DNA from: a virus
Strand: one strand, 5' to 3'
IMG/VR virus record: IMGVR_UViG_3300032782_000006
Coordinates: 13,568-77,567 of that record
DNA length: 64,000 bases
The translations under genes and the position numbers were made by a program. Below, one piece after another: positions 20,128 to 30,489 of the stretch. Positions within the stretch are counted from its first letter, which is position 1, and every line of letters starts with the position of its first letter. The notes beneath the pieces are model-generated. The model saw nothing but the letters and a program-made list of their open reading frames with translations, was not told where the DNA came from and did no database searches.

Positions 20128-21444
20128 TTATTCACGATTATCCTCCAATTCGTCATTACCTATAGTATCCTGAGTACAACTTTCAAACATTGCTGAAAAC
20201 TTTTTGATGATATCACAATAAGTCAGAGTTCCATATCTTCCTAATTCATAAGATGAAAATTTTGCAGGAGAATCAGGTAATAAATGGTAATCTCCATTCC
20301 CAACATATTGAGGATTTGCAAAAATAGCAGAGGAATCATGAATAGTATCTGGATTATTGAGATGATTGTTATAAAAACAGTTTTCAGAGCATGTGAGTTC
20401 ATATCGAGTACTAATAAGATTAACTATTCCTGCACCGGAATAATGGCCTTTTGAATTCCCTTCTTTAGTATTAGAGATAATGTTTCTTTGAATTGAAGCT
20501 GATAATTTGGATAATGTAGAAGACTTAAGGTATTCTCCAAAAAGAATACCATACCCTTTACAACTATCGATTGTGTTGTTAAGGATATCTACTGCGGTGA
20601 ACCCATCACAAACAATCCCTCCAACTCCAGCAATACCATTACTAGCCGGCATTATCCCACAGTTTGTGATCAAGTTGTTTTTGATCGAAACGTTTTTAGC
20701 GCAAGTGGTTTCTCCACCACCGATTAACCAGATTCCAGGACCAAACACGTTTTGAAGAGTGTTTCCGTAAATCTGGATGTTAGAAGTATAAGCACCAGGA
20801 TCAATGTTTTCTAGCTGGATGGCGGGGGCGTATGCAAAATTTGTGCCAATGCATACATTACTAAAAATAGACACGTTGCTAGAATTCCGAACACGAATGG
20901 CATTATTGGATCGCATTTGGATATGGTTGTCAAATATAGATACATAGTTACAATTGCGCAAATGAATCCAATCGTGACCACCCATAGCACCCGTGCATTC
21001 TGAAAATTCGAGATTATACGAATTGAGAAATCGGAAATAGTCCCCTTCATTATATCCACCTGCTAAGTCGTGGAATTTTGATTTTGAACAATTGGTTAAC
21101 CCTATAAAATTATGAAACCCTTTCCCATGGTCCTCAGGAGTTAGGTTTTGATTATTGTAATTCCCGTCAAAGTGGATTCCGCTAATATCCAAATTAGAAA
21201 TTGTTCTATCTTTTTGTCCAAGAATAGGGATCTGGATCCCGAATATTGATGGTGGTGCATCGTCCATCAGCGTCCATGTAACGTCTGCATCACATGATAT
21301 TTTAGTTCCAGAATTGAGTTTGAGTAAAGAATTGATTAAGTAAGTACCCGAAGTACAATGTAACTCAGAATATTTACAATCAGTGCCAACCTGATCTAGA
21401 GATTTCTGAAGTTGATGGTTAGGTTTTATATTTAAAATAGCCGT
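20128..21444 (-). CDS. Right-handed beta-helix glycanase, disaggregatase-like
   Basis: PbH1-type repeats (FDGNY..., GKGFHN, GHD, RSNNAIRV, GPGIWL) resembling Methanosarcina disaggregatase-related domains. Frame open well upstream of ATG 21267; probable ACG start at 21444 behind GGGGGA. Confidence 0.7.
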   Translation of the reverse strand, partial: TAILNIKPNHQLQKSLDQVGTDCKYSELHCTSGTYLINSLLKLNSGTKISCDADVTWTLMDDAPPSIFGIQIPILGQKDRTISNLDISGIHFDGNYNNQNLTPEDHGKGFHNFIGLTNCSKSKFHDLAGGYNEGDYFRFLNSYNLEFSECTGAMGGHDWIHLRNCNYVSIFDNHIQMRSNNAIRVRNSSNVSIFSNVCIGTNFAYAPAIQLENIDPGAYTSNIQIYGNTLQNVFGPGIWLIGGGETTCAKNVSIKNNLITNCGIMPASNGIAGVGGIVCDGFTAVDILNNTIDSCKGYGILFGEYLKSSTLSKLSASIQRNIISNTKEGNSKGHYSGAGIVNLISTRYELTCSENCFYNNHLNNPDTIHDSSAIFANPQYVGNGDYHLLPDSPAKFSSYELGRYGTLTYCDIIKKFSAMFESCTQDTIGNDELEDNRE

Positions 21445-21519
21445 TTTGGAAATCCCCCATAAAAAAAAGGATATTAGTATGTGGGTAAGGACAGTATAAA
21501 TATCTTTAGATTACTCTAA

Positions 21520-21972
21520 TTATAATTTGCAGCAGTTGCATGTCTTAAGCGAGCATTCGCAAGAGCATTCGATGTGTTTTGGTTTTGGAGTAGGTTTGTA
21601 TTCTCCAGATTCTATACAGTATTTTGCTCCAGGACTATACGGAAGTCTAGGAGTAGTATCCGCTAGTTTGTGATGGATTGGTGAATCCTTATTGGTTGTC
21701 ACTGTCACGCTAATGGTCTGGCCCGCTACAACCGTGACACTAAGGTTTCCCACTACGTTTCCGTTGTAAACTACATTAATAGTGCAGGGTCCAGCTTTTA
21801 TTGTAGCTGAAAATGAGCCGTCGTTTGATTGAGTATCATATACAATATTGTTGTCAGGGTCCATAATTTGTATCTCGCTGTTTGTGAGTGCCGTCATTCC
21901 ATCGGCAAATAAAGCTGAGCCAGTAATCGTTCCATTCACAGCGGGCAATGGCACATCCCAAGGAAGCACCAT
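21520..21972 (-). CDS. Carboxypeptidase-regulatory-like beta-sandwich protein with Cys-rich tail
   Basis: GTITG...DGSFS...V.AGQT.SV pattern; C-terminal CSCECSLKTCNCC. Confidence 0.5.
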   Translation of the reverse strand: MVLPWDVPLPAVNGTITGSALFADGMTALTNSEIQIMDPDNNIVYDTQSNDGSFSATIKAGPCTINVVYNGNVVGNLSVTVVAGQTISVTVTTNKDSPIHHKLADTTPRLPYSPGAKYCIESGEYKPTPKPKHIECSCECSLKTCNCCKL

Positions 21973-22409
21973 TAAACCAGTGGAGGAATATGATCAGGAT
22001 CGTCTTCAACTTCGATTATTTCTTCATAAGGAGTGTACGTTATCGGAGATTTTACTGAGATCCCATTTTCGTTAACTTCTTCATAGAGTAACATAAGTGA
22101 CTCTTCGTCTATCACAAAACAGCGCTTTGTTGAATCTTCCATAATCCAATTATTTGGAAGGAGAACGTGATGTTGACCATTAGATAATTTATAAGGCATC
22201 TCCACCGATACATCATCTTTAGACAATTGATTTAGCCAGAACCTGGTTTTATCTTCAGGAGAGTGAAACATAGTTAAGAACCCGTCTTCCATTCCTGGTT
22301 TGTATCTACGGGCTAGGTAAACTTCTTTAAACCGTACTTTCATCTCGTCTACTTTGATGTCGTCGCTTGGAGGCCTAAATGGATTGAGTTTTTGAACTCT
22401 TATTTGCAT
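21972..22409 (-). CDS. Hypothetical protein preceded by the conserved leader
   Basis: ATG 22409 follows GGAGATTGTACCAC. Confidence 0.65.
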   Translation of the reverse strand: MQIRVQKLNPFRPPSDDIKVDEMKVRFKEVYLARRYKPGMEDGFLTMFHSPEDKTRFWLNQLSKDDVSVEMPYKLSNGQHHVLLPNNWIMEDSTKRCFVIDEESLMLLYEEVNENGISVKSPITYTPYEEIIEVEDDPDHIPPLV

Positions 22410-22463
22410 GTGGTACAATCTCCAATATTTATAAAAAAAATAAAAAGGATGGGGATCTAGACA

Positions 22464-22709
22464 CTATTTTTTATTGTGTCTAATTTTCCTATCATCTTTT
22501 GTCAGAGTTTTTGGTAATTCCTCCGCTAATAGATTTTTCCGGGAACGATCCATATCTTTACTTAGAGTTCCCTTGGGATAGATCAATTTAGTTCCATCTT
22601 TTTTATTTGCATTTAATATATTTTTACGGGCTTGTTTGTCAACGTTTTGCGTGTTTTTGATATTTTGGCTGTCGATATCAGACCTACGGACTATGGTTCT
22701 CCGTCCGAT
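22464..22709 (-). CDS. Small basic disordered protein (probable ATC start)
   Basis: GGGGGTGA-CTCT-ATC, in frame within ORF 22464..22763; K/R/D-rich. Confidence 0.5.
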   Translation of the reverse strand: MGRRTIVRRSDIDSQNIKNTQNVDKQARKNILNANKKDGTKLIYPKGTLSKDMDRSRKNLLAEELPKTLTKDDRKIRHNKK

Positions 22710-22759
22710 AGAGTCACCCCCTACGTGTGTTGTTACTGGAAATCTGGAAAATAATAATA

Positions 22760-23077
22760 TCAATTTCGAATCAATCTGTTGTCTTTCAAAACGCCATTAT
22801 CGCGTTCTGCATGACGACCTTTTTTTAAAGGACTAATTACTTCAGGAGATATCTCCATATATTCCCGTTTACCTTTCCCAATAGTTTTATGTCCACCATC
22901 AGGTTTTTTAGTCCGGTCATTCTGAACAAGTTGTTGATCTCGCTCAGGATTACGACTTCGGATCATTTGAAGATCTTCAGGACGTAACCTATTTTGTTCG
23001 ATAATCTCGTTCCGTAACTGTTTTCCTCTATTTTTGTGCGCGTCATCTCGTTTCGTTTTATCAGGTCCGATTGTAAT
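22760..23077 (-). CDS. Small basic disordered protein (probable ATT start)
   Basis: The frame of ORF 22760..22966 stays open up to a GGAGGTGG Shine-Dalgarno sequence; same composition throughout. Confidence 0.45.
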   Translation of the reverse strand: MTIGPDKTKRDDAHKNRGKQLRNEIIEQNRLRPEDLQMIRSRNPERDQQLVQNDRTKKPDGGHKTIGKGKREYMEISPEVISPLKKGRHAERDNGVLKDNRLIRN

Positions 23078-23160
23078 CTTGAGTCCACCTCCATGTTATT
23101 TATACCAAGTTATTATGTTGTTCCTTATATAGGTTGTTCTTAACTCTCATCATTTTTGAA

Positions 23161-23373
23161 CTAGTGATAGATCAACCACGCTACCAACAAAACGATCAAG
23201 ATTCCATATGCAATTAGACAATGAATCTGAAATTTGGTATTATCTGGACATTCACAATTACAAGAACCACAAACAACAGATAGATTGTTCTTTTTAGAGG
23301 TATCGGCATTTGGAACCATAGACTCTAAATTTAATGGAGATGGTTCTATAGGGTCGTTAACCATAAAATGCAC
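23161..23373 (-). CDS. Small Cys-containing protein with C-terminal TM helix
   Basis: CGSCNCEC followed by a hydrophobic tail. Confidence 0.5.
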   Translation of the reverse strand: MHFMVNDPIEPSPLNLESMVPNADTSKKNNLSVVCGSCNCECPDNTKFQIHCLIAYGILIVLLVAWLIYH

Positions 23374-23601
23374 CTGAACAGTTATAAAAAAATTGAGTTG
23401 GATTTGATTTTAAATCCTGTAAATAAATTGTAGAGTAATATCCTATAAGTCCTTCCTCAAAATATGGTATAAAATCCATGCACATTTCAACACCCATTAT
23501 TTGTAGATTATATGACGAATAATGCAAACTGCAACTAAAATAAGGAACAGCATTGTGAATAATGCTGTATCCAAATATTCATCAGTCATTTGATGCCTTC
23601 C

Positions 23602-25023
23602 TTATTGGGTTTTATAATGCTGTTCTTCATTCGTAACTTCATCAGGAGTCATTGATTTCTGTCGAGTATATTCTGTAGGGTCTTGGGGTTTTTGAGTAGA
23701 ATCGTCTTTGGGAAGTTCAGTACTAGATTGTTTTAGCCATTCCCATTCTGCTCTCATCTCTTCAAGTTCTTCGGGAGTTTTTGGAGGGAGTCCCAGCAAC
23801 ATTCTGTACTCGTTGATATCAATAACTTCGATTTCCGCTGCGCCTTGAGCGCGTAACTGATCAAGCACTCCGTTCTTGAATTTACGAGGTGGAAATTCTA
23901 TAGAGATGGAATAGTCAAGGTATCCGTTGTATTCAAGTACTTTTTGAAGTAAGGGAGTGAACTGTTCGACGATGTGTCCTTGCATTCCGCTAATGAACGA
24001 ATCCAATAACTCTGCCTTGGCTTCGTCCGAACCACCCAGCAATGCTCCATCGGTAGCAATGAAATCTGCTGGGGAGAAATAACTGGAAAAGAAGTTGTTG
24101 ATTCTAATGATTGTGTTAATCGCCATATCATTAACAGTCGCCCCTACTTCTACTACTTTGAAATTTGAAGGAATTACAAAATTGTTATTTTTAGACCAGT
24201 TTGAAACTATACTTTTAGCAAGCTCGATATCCCCGGGTCTTGGATTTTCTACCTGGATGAAAATTGAAGGAGCCCCTACTCGATTTACAGATTGCATTTG
24301 AGCAGTCCAAGCAAACTCAGATCGTTGAAACCAAGGAACTAGATTAAAGAATAGAGGAAGGCCAACAACATCATAATCGTGACTAGGTGGTCTAAAGTGA
24401 GTAACAGATCCAAGTTCGAAGGGTTGTCCAAGATAGTTTGTTTGATAATAGTGAATTGACATATCTTCCACACGGAATACAATCCCAGGAAGAAGAAGAC
24501 CGAGAACGTCCTGTGGAGCATAAATCACCGAAATATTTTTCCAAGGTACCGCCCGGAAAGAGGCTGCCGGTAAGTCCCTAATCATTTTTAGTTCCCAAAA
24601 TCCGTCATCTGCTTGATCAATAACGTAATTGATAACGTACGCATCAAAACAAAAACAGTCTAGGGCTCGATGCATCTGTTTATAAAGAGCAACTTCTTTA
24701 GTTTCACACATTTTTGTGAGACGTAAAGCAAGATCTTCATCTTTGTTACCATCTTTATCTGTAACTTTGATCACAGGAGGTTTGGGAGGTAACACCAGAT
24801 TGATCAATTTTAGTGCCAAACTTGTAGCTTCGGCGTTATTCCGAAGCTTCATCATTGTAACAATCGTAGTATCTTTATTTTCCCATTGGACAGACTGGTT
24901 TGGGAATATATAGACATATCCTTGTTCATAAGTAGGTGCAGCGGCCTTTTTTTTTCCCGATCCAGGAGGTCTACCTCGCCGCCTGGGGAGCATTTGTGCC
25001 ATTGCATTAGTTTTATTGATCAT
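23602..25023 (-). CDS. Portal protein
   Basis: 473 aa; GLPL..., IDINEYRMLLGLPP C-terminal portal motif; conserved leader upstream. Confidence 0.8.
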   Translation of the reverse strand: MINKTNAMAQMLPRRRGRPPGSGKKKAAAPTYEQGYVYIFPNQSVQWENKDTTIVTMMKLRNNAEATSLALKLINLVLPPKPPVIKVTDKDGNKDEDLALRLTKMCETKEVALYKQMHRALDCFCFDAYVINYVIDQADDGFWELKMIRDLPAASFRAVPWKNISVIYAPQDVLGLLLPGIVFRVEDMSIHYYQTNYLGQPFELGSVTHFRPPSHDYDVVGLPLFFNLVPWFQRSEFAWTAQMQSVNRVGAPSIFIQVENPRPGDIELAKSIVSNWSKNNNFVIPSNFKVVEVGATVNDMAINTIIRINNFFSSYFSPADFIATDGALLGGSDEAKAELLDSFISGMQGHIVEQFTPLLQKVLEYNGYLDYSISIEFPPRKFKNGVLDQLRAQGAAEIEVIDINEYRMLLGLPPKTPEELEEMRAEWEWLKQSSTELPKDDSTQKPQDPTEYTRQKSMTPDEVTNEEQHYKTQ

Positions 25024-25389
25024 TTGTGGTACAATCTCCGTTTTTTTACGTTGTAATAAGTGGTATTTACGGTTATTTAACCATATTTCAAAATCACTAA
25101 ATAGAGGATTTATTTTGAATTTATTTGGGGATTTTCCGCATTTTTAGAGTTTTTTTAAGGATTTTCGGGCATTATTTGGCTATTTTTTGCCATTTTTAAT
25201 CCATAATTTAATTAAAAGAAGGCATTATCAGGCGTCTTTTTCCATAAAATTGGATTATTTCCAGCATTTATTTAGATGAAACCTCTATATTTACCACTGT
25301 TTAAAGTTATGAAATCAGTTAAATCAAAGTTTATATGAGGACAGATACACTCTATTTTATAGATTTACAGCAAGTAGGGGGAGTATTCC

Positions 25390-26037
25390 ATAAAAATTTA
25401 TTGCGCAAGTGACTTACATATAGGGTTACCTCACGCAAACTATCCGAAGATTCTAAACTTTTTTAAGAAAGCTCAGGAAGATGCCGATGAGGTAATACTG
25501 TGCGGCGACATATTTGATTTGTGGGTTTGTGAAGAAAGGGAGATTTTGACTAAAGAACCTATGAGAAGTTGTTATCACGAACTTGTAGAACTAGCATACA
25601 AGGTTCCAACTACCTTGATATGGGGAAATCATGACTTTAATCTGAAACATGAACTAATAATCCCTGATGTAATACCAGTAAGTGACAGGTTTACAAAAGA
25701 CAATATCCATTACTGTCACGGATGGAGATTTGATGCGCAACAACGTTTTGCGTATCCATTATACCATTGTATTACAGAACTGTGCCCGAAATTGTATCAT
25801 AAATATTATAGATTTAAAAACGATATCAATTGTGACCCTAACGAAGATTCGGAATGTTGGTTAAAAATATTGAACGAAGCTAGAAAACTAGTTGACAAAA
25901 AAAAGTTTAGATTATTAGTGATGGGGCATACTCATACCCCTCACATTGATGATAAAGTTGCAAACTGTGGAGATATGGTGGAACATTCATCATATGTGAT
26001 TATAGAAGATGGTGTTCCTAGATTAATGGAAGATTAA
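25390..26037 (+). CDS. Calcineurin-like metallophosphoesterase (ATA start)
   Basis: SDLHIG, GDIFD, GNHD, HG and GHTH motifs. The first two lie upstream of the called start; in-frame TAG at 25375; GGGGGAG precedes ATA 25390. Confidence 0.85.
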   Translation: MKIYCASDLHIGLPHANYPKILNFFKKAQEDADEVILCGDIFDLWVCEEREILTKEPMRSCYHELVELAYKVPTTLIWGNHDFNLKHELIIPDVIPVSDRFTKDNIHYCHGWRFDAQQRFAYPLYHCITELCPKLYHKYYRFKNDINCDPNEDSECWLKILNEARKLVDKKKFRLLVMGHTHTPHIDDKVANCGDMVEHSSYVIIEDGVPRLMED

Positions 26038-26489
26038 AAACAGACGTGATGCACCTCTAGGAGAAATCTAGAAACCTCGAGGTGCAAAACTGTAGACTAT
26101 ATAATGAGGTGAGTAATTAATACTAAATCATCAATCTATAAATAATTTTTGATTTAGTCGCCCTTGGGAGTATATAAACCCTGACCTTAAAATTGTGAAC
26201 AAGAAAAGGAGGGGGAAGTATTTAAAATTTGTTCTAGTGTGGGACTGTTTTTTATGAAGTTAATAGTCGGTAAAATGAAAGAGATTACCGACTATTAGAA
26301 TCCAAATTGTTGACATAAGACCGAGCCTATGAGCATACATACCAAAGCAAAGAGTGGTAACATTACAATATCTTCAGAAAATATTTCAAAATGAGCCATG
26401 AGGAAAAAAAGAACTGTACCTATACAATAAATATCAATCATCATAAACAAAACTCCACACTAAAAAAGAAATGACAGAAAGTTCTGTCT

Positions 26490-26855
26490 TTAATAAACAG
26501 GAACAAACTGTCCAAACTGGTTAGGGCACATGTAAACGCCATTTACGTATTGGCAACTATACCCCATAGGAGCGTTAATAGGAGCATATGGATAATATCC
26601 ACCGTTACCTATCCAGCCAGGACCATATCCTCCAGGACCAAACCTGCCAGGACCCCAGCCGCCAGGGCCAAAATGGCCAGGACCAATGTGAGGGCCAAAT
26701 CCGCCGCCGCCAGGACCAATGTGAGGGCCAATATGTGGACCTGGACCTGGAGCTTTCTCTTTTGCATGATGTTTATGAGAAGCAGCATTTACCGCTACTG
26801 CAGTCAATGAGACTACAAATAATATAGCTATCAAAATAGCAAGTATTTTTTTCAT
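26490..26855 (-). CDS. Secreted Gly/Pro-rich (GPG repeat) protein
   Basis: Signal peptide MKKILAILIAILFVVSLTAVAVNA; GPHI and GPGxx repeats; C-terminal Cys pair. Confidence 0.7.
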   Translation of the reverse strand: MKKILAILIAILFVVSLTAVAVNAASHKHHAKEKAPGPGPHIGPHIGPGGGGFGPHIGPGHFGPGGWGPGRFGPGGYGPGWIGNGGYYPYAPINAPMGYSCQYVNGVYMCPNQFGQFVPVY

Positions 26856-26934
26856 AAAATATTCTCCGTTGTGAGTTGTATTTTTAAAAATATTTTTGAA
26901 AGATTTTGTAAACTTTCAACGTAAGATTGGAAAA

Positions 26935-27100
26935 GGATATCCCCCCTAGAAGAGAAGCAACAAACTCTTCTTGGTGAAGATGTGGGGGATATCCTGTGGG
27001 GTAGAGGTAAAGGTGAAATCCCTCGCCCCTTGCATATTTGATACGGGATATGCGAGCCGTCGCAGAGGTGGGAGAAATGTAGAACCACCACTTTTGTCTA
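26935..27100 (+). ncRNA. Structured ncRNA candidate B
   Basis: Hairpins AGAAGAG/CTCTTCT, ATATCCTGT/ACGGGATAT and CAGAGGTGG/CCACTTTTG; G-U pairs favour the plus strand; GC-rich island in an AT-rich intergenic region. Confidence 0.5.
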
Positions 27101-27185
27101 TCGTGAGAAGTCATTTACTTTTCAGGATTTATTCTAAGGAAAATCCAAACAAATATTTGATGTGAGTCTATATAAATATTTTGGA

Positions 27186-27968
27186 TTAGAACCCTGTTTC
27201 TTGTTGGACAACCCAGAAATCTGTAGAGAGTTTTGTGCTTGCTAAATACTGATATGGGAGTGTAAAGTAACCTTTCATACCCCAACCAGTACCCCAAGAG
27301 TTTCGTACAATAAATACTCCTTTAGAATCATCGTATCCTACACAGCAGACGGCATGACCACCGAGCAATTGTTCATGAGATTTTGGCATCGGGACGATAC
27401 CAGTTTGTTCTACCTGAGTAGTTTCAAAACTAGAATAAACAGAGAAACCAAACACGAACGGGAGTCCAGATGCTAAACAGTTTTTCATACTGTTAAGATC
27501 GTTCTGGTTATGGAACGAAGAGATTCTATAATAATTTGTTAATTTGTGGTTAACAGCATCAGAATAAGCATTGGATGGAGGTTTTGTAAATACTTTGGAT
27601 TCATCATACGGCCAAAGAATCTCATTACAAACACCCTGAGACATTAAACATTTAATACCGTCTCGAAGTGAAGCTCCCGAATCCGAGTTTGTAGAATGTT
27701 CAAGAGCGCGTTCATTGTAGTAAATAAATAGTCTACTAACAGTCTCATAATTTGGATCTTTGTCTTTAAGTTCCAAAAACTGAATTGCACCAGAAAGAGC
27801 ATGAGCAGTACAACTTCCCAATTTTCCTTGATCTTCAATTGGGGAATCTGAAGGCCGGAGATCTACTGCCGGTGGCAATGGACCAGTAAATATTTTACAA
27901 TAAGTGAAATCTCTACTATCTAAGTTATCTCTTCGCCAGCCATACCTGCGTTCATTTTGACATGTCAT
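27186..27968 (-). CDS. Papain-family (C1A) cysteine peptidase
   Basis: DQGKLGSCTAHA (Gln, Cys), GGHAVCCVGY (His), RNSWG (Asn). Confidence 0.92.
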   Translation of the reverse strand: MTCQNERRYGWRRDNLDSRDFTYCKIFTGPLPPAVDLRPSDSPIEDQGKLGSCTAHALSGAIQFLELKDKDPNYETVSRLFIYYNERALEHSTNSDSGASLRDGIKCLMSQGVCNEILWPYDESKVFTKPPSNAYSDAVNHKLTNYYRISSFHNQNDLNSMKNCLASGLPFVFGFSVYSSFETTQVEQTGIVPMPKSHEQLLGGHAVCCVGYDDSKGVFIVRNSWGTGWGMKGYFTLPYQYLASTKLSTDFWVVQQETGF

Positions 27969-28060
27969 TTAAAAATCACAGAGAAAGTGACGACTTAGAC
28001 TTATTTATTACTTTCTCTAAATATTCATATAAATTTAGGGATTTCTTTTGTAATTTATAT

Positions 28061-28276
28061 CTAATCACGTGTGGGTATTATGAGAGGCTCTAAGAGGCCG
28101 TCTAACAGGCGAGGGTATTCTCTCAGGAGTATACCTATTACCTCGTCCCTATTATACGAATAGTGAGCCTCTAATGAGTCCAAACAAATATTCATCATGT
28201 ACCGAGCTTCGTCGGGATCTCTATAATTCCGCAATACAGGGAGTAATCGGTCTGCCACTTCTCTAGATTCAACCAT
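28061..28276 (-). CDS. Hypothetical protein
   Basis: GGTGA Shine-Dalgarno and upstream TATA. Confidence 0.6.
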   Translation of the reverse strand: MVESREVADRLLPVLRNYRDPDEARYMMNICLDSLEAHYSYNRDEVIGILLREYPRLLDGLLEPLIIPTRD

Positions 28277-28430
28277 TATTTATCACCGACTATTTAGAAT
28301 ATGGCAAAGTATATATTAGTTTTGAAATTATATGATTATATGAGAGGTATAACATTTTAAATATTCACTTTATAGTTGTAAAAAAAACAAATTAATAAAG
28401 ATTATATAGTATAAAGATAATTACTGTATT

Positions 28431-28770
28431 GTACCTCCTTGGATTTCGACGAAAGACTATACAGTTTAGGGAGAGTTTGGCTTTGCTCACTTCCACAAAC
28501 TCTCTCTAAGAAACCTTTAAATCTTGTAAAGTCGTTTATGTCTATGCTGTAAATCCAAAAAATTTACCCTCCCTTAGACTAGTGCTCTCACGGGGGGTCA
28601 CTAGTCCCAATTTTAAGATGAGATCAAAATAGTGGGTGTATTTTATCAATAATATTGGTCTGGAGTAGGAATGTTGCCCCTATTCCAGATCTGGAATTCA
28701 ACTCTTTTTTAGAATAATTTTAGAATTCTCCTTAGGAAGGAGACATACATATCCATTTCCTAAGGAACTC
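28431..28770 (+). ncRNA. Multi-hairpin ncRNA candidate C
   Basis: Stems 28466-79/28496-509, 28577-84/28599-606, 28657-69/28679-91 and 28729-38/28757-66; TATA near 28400; no ORF. Confidence 0.5.
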
Positions 28771-28949
28771 AAAAATCTTATTGTATACTCAATACAATAT
28801 TAATTAGGTGTTTATTTATATGATTAGTCCCATAACACAACAACATGGCTTTTATATAATAAAGTCAAAACTGACTTTTACTTTTAGATCTTGAAAAATC
28901 AAGTTCCTTGTGAAATGGATATATATGTCCACTTCCTAAGGAGAAAATG

Positions 28950-29312
28950 TTAGTATCTTCGTTTTCTAATGTTTTTTATCCTATGAGTTGGACTTTTAAC
29001 AGTCTTTTTAGAAGAATCTTCGGAAAGATCGTCTATTCTTTCGGAAAGAATACGATATTGTTCTAATAATGAGAAATTGTTAGGGTCAAAATCTTTATAA
29101 TTGAGACCAATAAACTGTTCGATGGTGTTTAATCGTTCAGAAATGGTTTTTCCTTGTTTTGGATTGTAACAAGACGGGATAAAACCTATGTATTCTGAAG
29201 ATTCTTCTCTTGAAGGGGGAGGACAATAGTGTTGGGAAGAGATTATTCGCATGATATAGTCTAAATCCATACTATCATCATCAGGAATCCTAATAAATCC
29301 ACGTTTGACCAT
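28950..29312 (-). CDS. Hypothetical protein
   Basis: ORF track. Confidence 0.55.
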   Translation of the reverse strand: MVKRGFIRIPDDDSMDLDYIMRIISSQHYCPPPSREESSEYIGFIPSCYNPKQGKTISERLNTIEQFIGLNYKDFDPNNFSLLEQYRILSERIDDLSEDSSKKTVKSPTHRIKNIRKRRY

Positions 29313-29329
29313 GACATCATTTCCTAAAA

Positions 29330-30442
29330 TTATTGTTGAGCATAATTTATGACTTTGCTATTTGCATATTCTTCACATAACATTTGATACGCTACGTAAT
29401 GAATCAGGTTTTCTTCGTCACAAAACTTTTCAATGTCTTTAAGTAATTGAGGAGCTTGGGATATAAATGCTGAGGTTTGACGAACCATGTTCACAAAGAT
29501 CCGCTCGTTTGCGGTAACTGTATCGTTTAGGTTATCTATTCCATAAAAGAGGTCAAATAAAATGAACGGAGCTTTGAAATATATATATTCAGCGTGTTTT
29601 GTCATTTTTTGGAGGGAGGGGAATAGAGTTTCCGGTGCATGAGTGGTGATGTGAGATACAAACGTCGATTTTATATGAGAAACTGCGTCTGGAATCACGA
29701 TTTCTAAGTTATAATCCGAGTTGAGTTTATCAACAATACGGGAAGAGATTGTCGACAATATCGAATTTATAATATCCATTTGAGAAATTTCAGTGTTACC
29801 AGACGGAGATATCTGTTTTAAAAGCTCAATAAAAGCTGTGTATGAGATATCACATTCTACGGTTTGGTTGAGGGGTTTGGGGATGTAGATATAAGTGTCA
29901 CCGTGTTTTTCAGTAATGAGTTTCATAAAAGATTTGTACAGATCTTTACTGTGAGTGGTGAAGTTTATGGATTCCGAAAGACCAGGCCCGTTGACAAAAT
30001 ATTGGTATCCTCGACTAATAATGTCGGTATAGGGGTATCGGATATTGTAATCAAATGCCGCTTCCGATAAAAAGAGTTGCATCATGTATGCTGTGTGGAA
30101 CAGTTTGAATTTAGGGTTTATAAAAGGGAGTCGGTTGATAGTGACTAGTTCTATCGCTTTTTTAAATTGGTTTAGTTTTAAAGACGGGACTTTGGTGTGA
30201 ATGTTTGTAATTGTTTCAAAAGTGAAGATACCGTATTGGTCTGGCTCTGCATATTCTATTAGGTGGTCATTGCTCAAATCATTTAAAGAGTCGTAGATGT
30301 CTTTTGTAGGAGTGTCTGGGAATTTTGATATGACGTGATCGACAATTTTAGAGTCGGCAGTCCAGTCTCGTTGAGTTAAGAGAAACTCGATGATAGAAAA
30401 CTCTTCAGGGAACATTGAGGGGGAATCTATTGTCAATTCCAT
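29330..30442 (-). CDS. Hypothetical protein with possible N-terminal wHTH
   Basis: IIEFLL...TKDIYDSLNDLSNDHLIEY resembles a winged helix. Confidence 0.5.
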   Translation of the reverse strand: MELTIDSPSMFPEEFSIIEFLLTQRDWTADSKIVDHVISKFPDTPTKDIYDSLNDLSNDHLIEYAEPDQYGIFTFETITNIHTKVPSLKLNQFKKAIELVTINRLPFINPKFKLFHTAYMMQLFLSEAAFDYNIRYPYTDIISRGYQYFVNGPGLSESINFTTHSKDLYKSFMKLITEKHGDTYIYIPKPLNQTVECDISYTAFIELLKQISPSGNTEISQMDIINSILSTISSRIVDKLNSDYNLEIVIPDAVSHIKSTFVSHITTHAPETLFPSLQKMTKHAEYIYFKAPFILFDLFYGIDNLNDTVTANERIFVNMVRQTSAFISQAPQLLKDIEKFCDEENLIHYVAYQMLCEEYANSKVINYAQQ

Positions 30443-30489
30443 AGAGAGTTAGAGGTATACAGTAGATAAATATTTATCCTTGAACATCC

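Noticed and set aside
26261-26297. Perfect 13-bp hairpin, and similar isolated hairpins near 1107, 14395 and 26050, as ncRNAs
   Set aside because: Single hairpins at gene ends are more simply terminators or 3' stabilisers.
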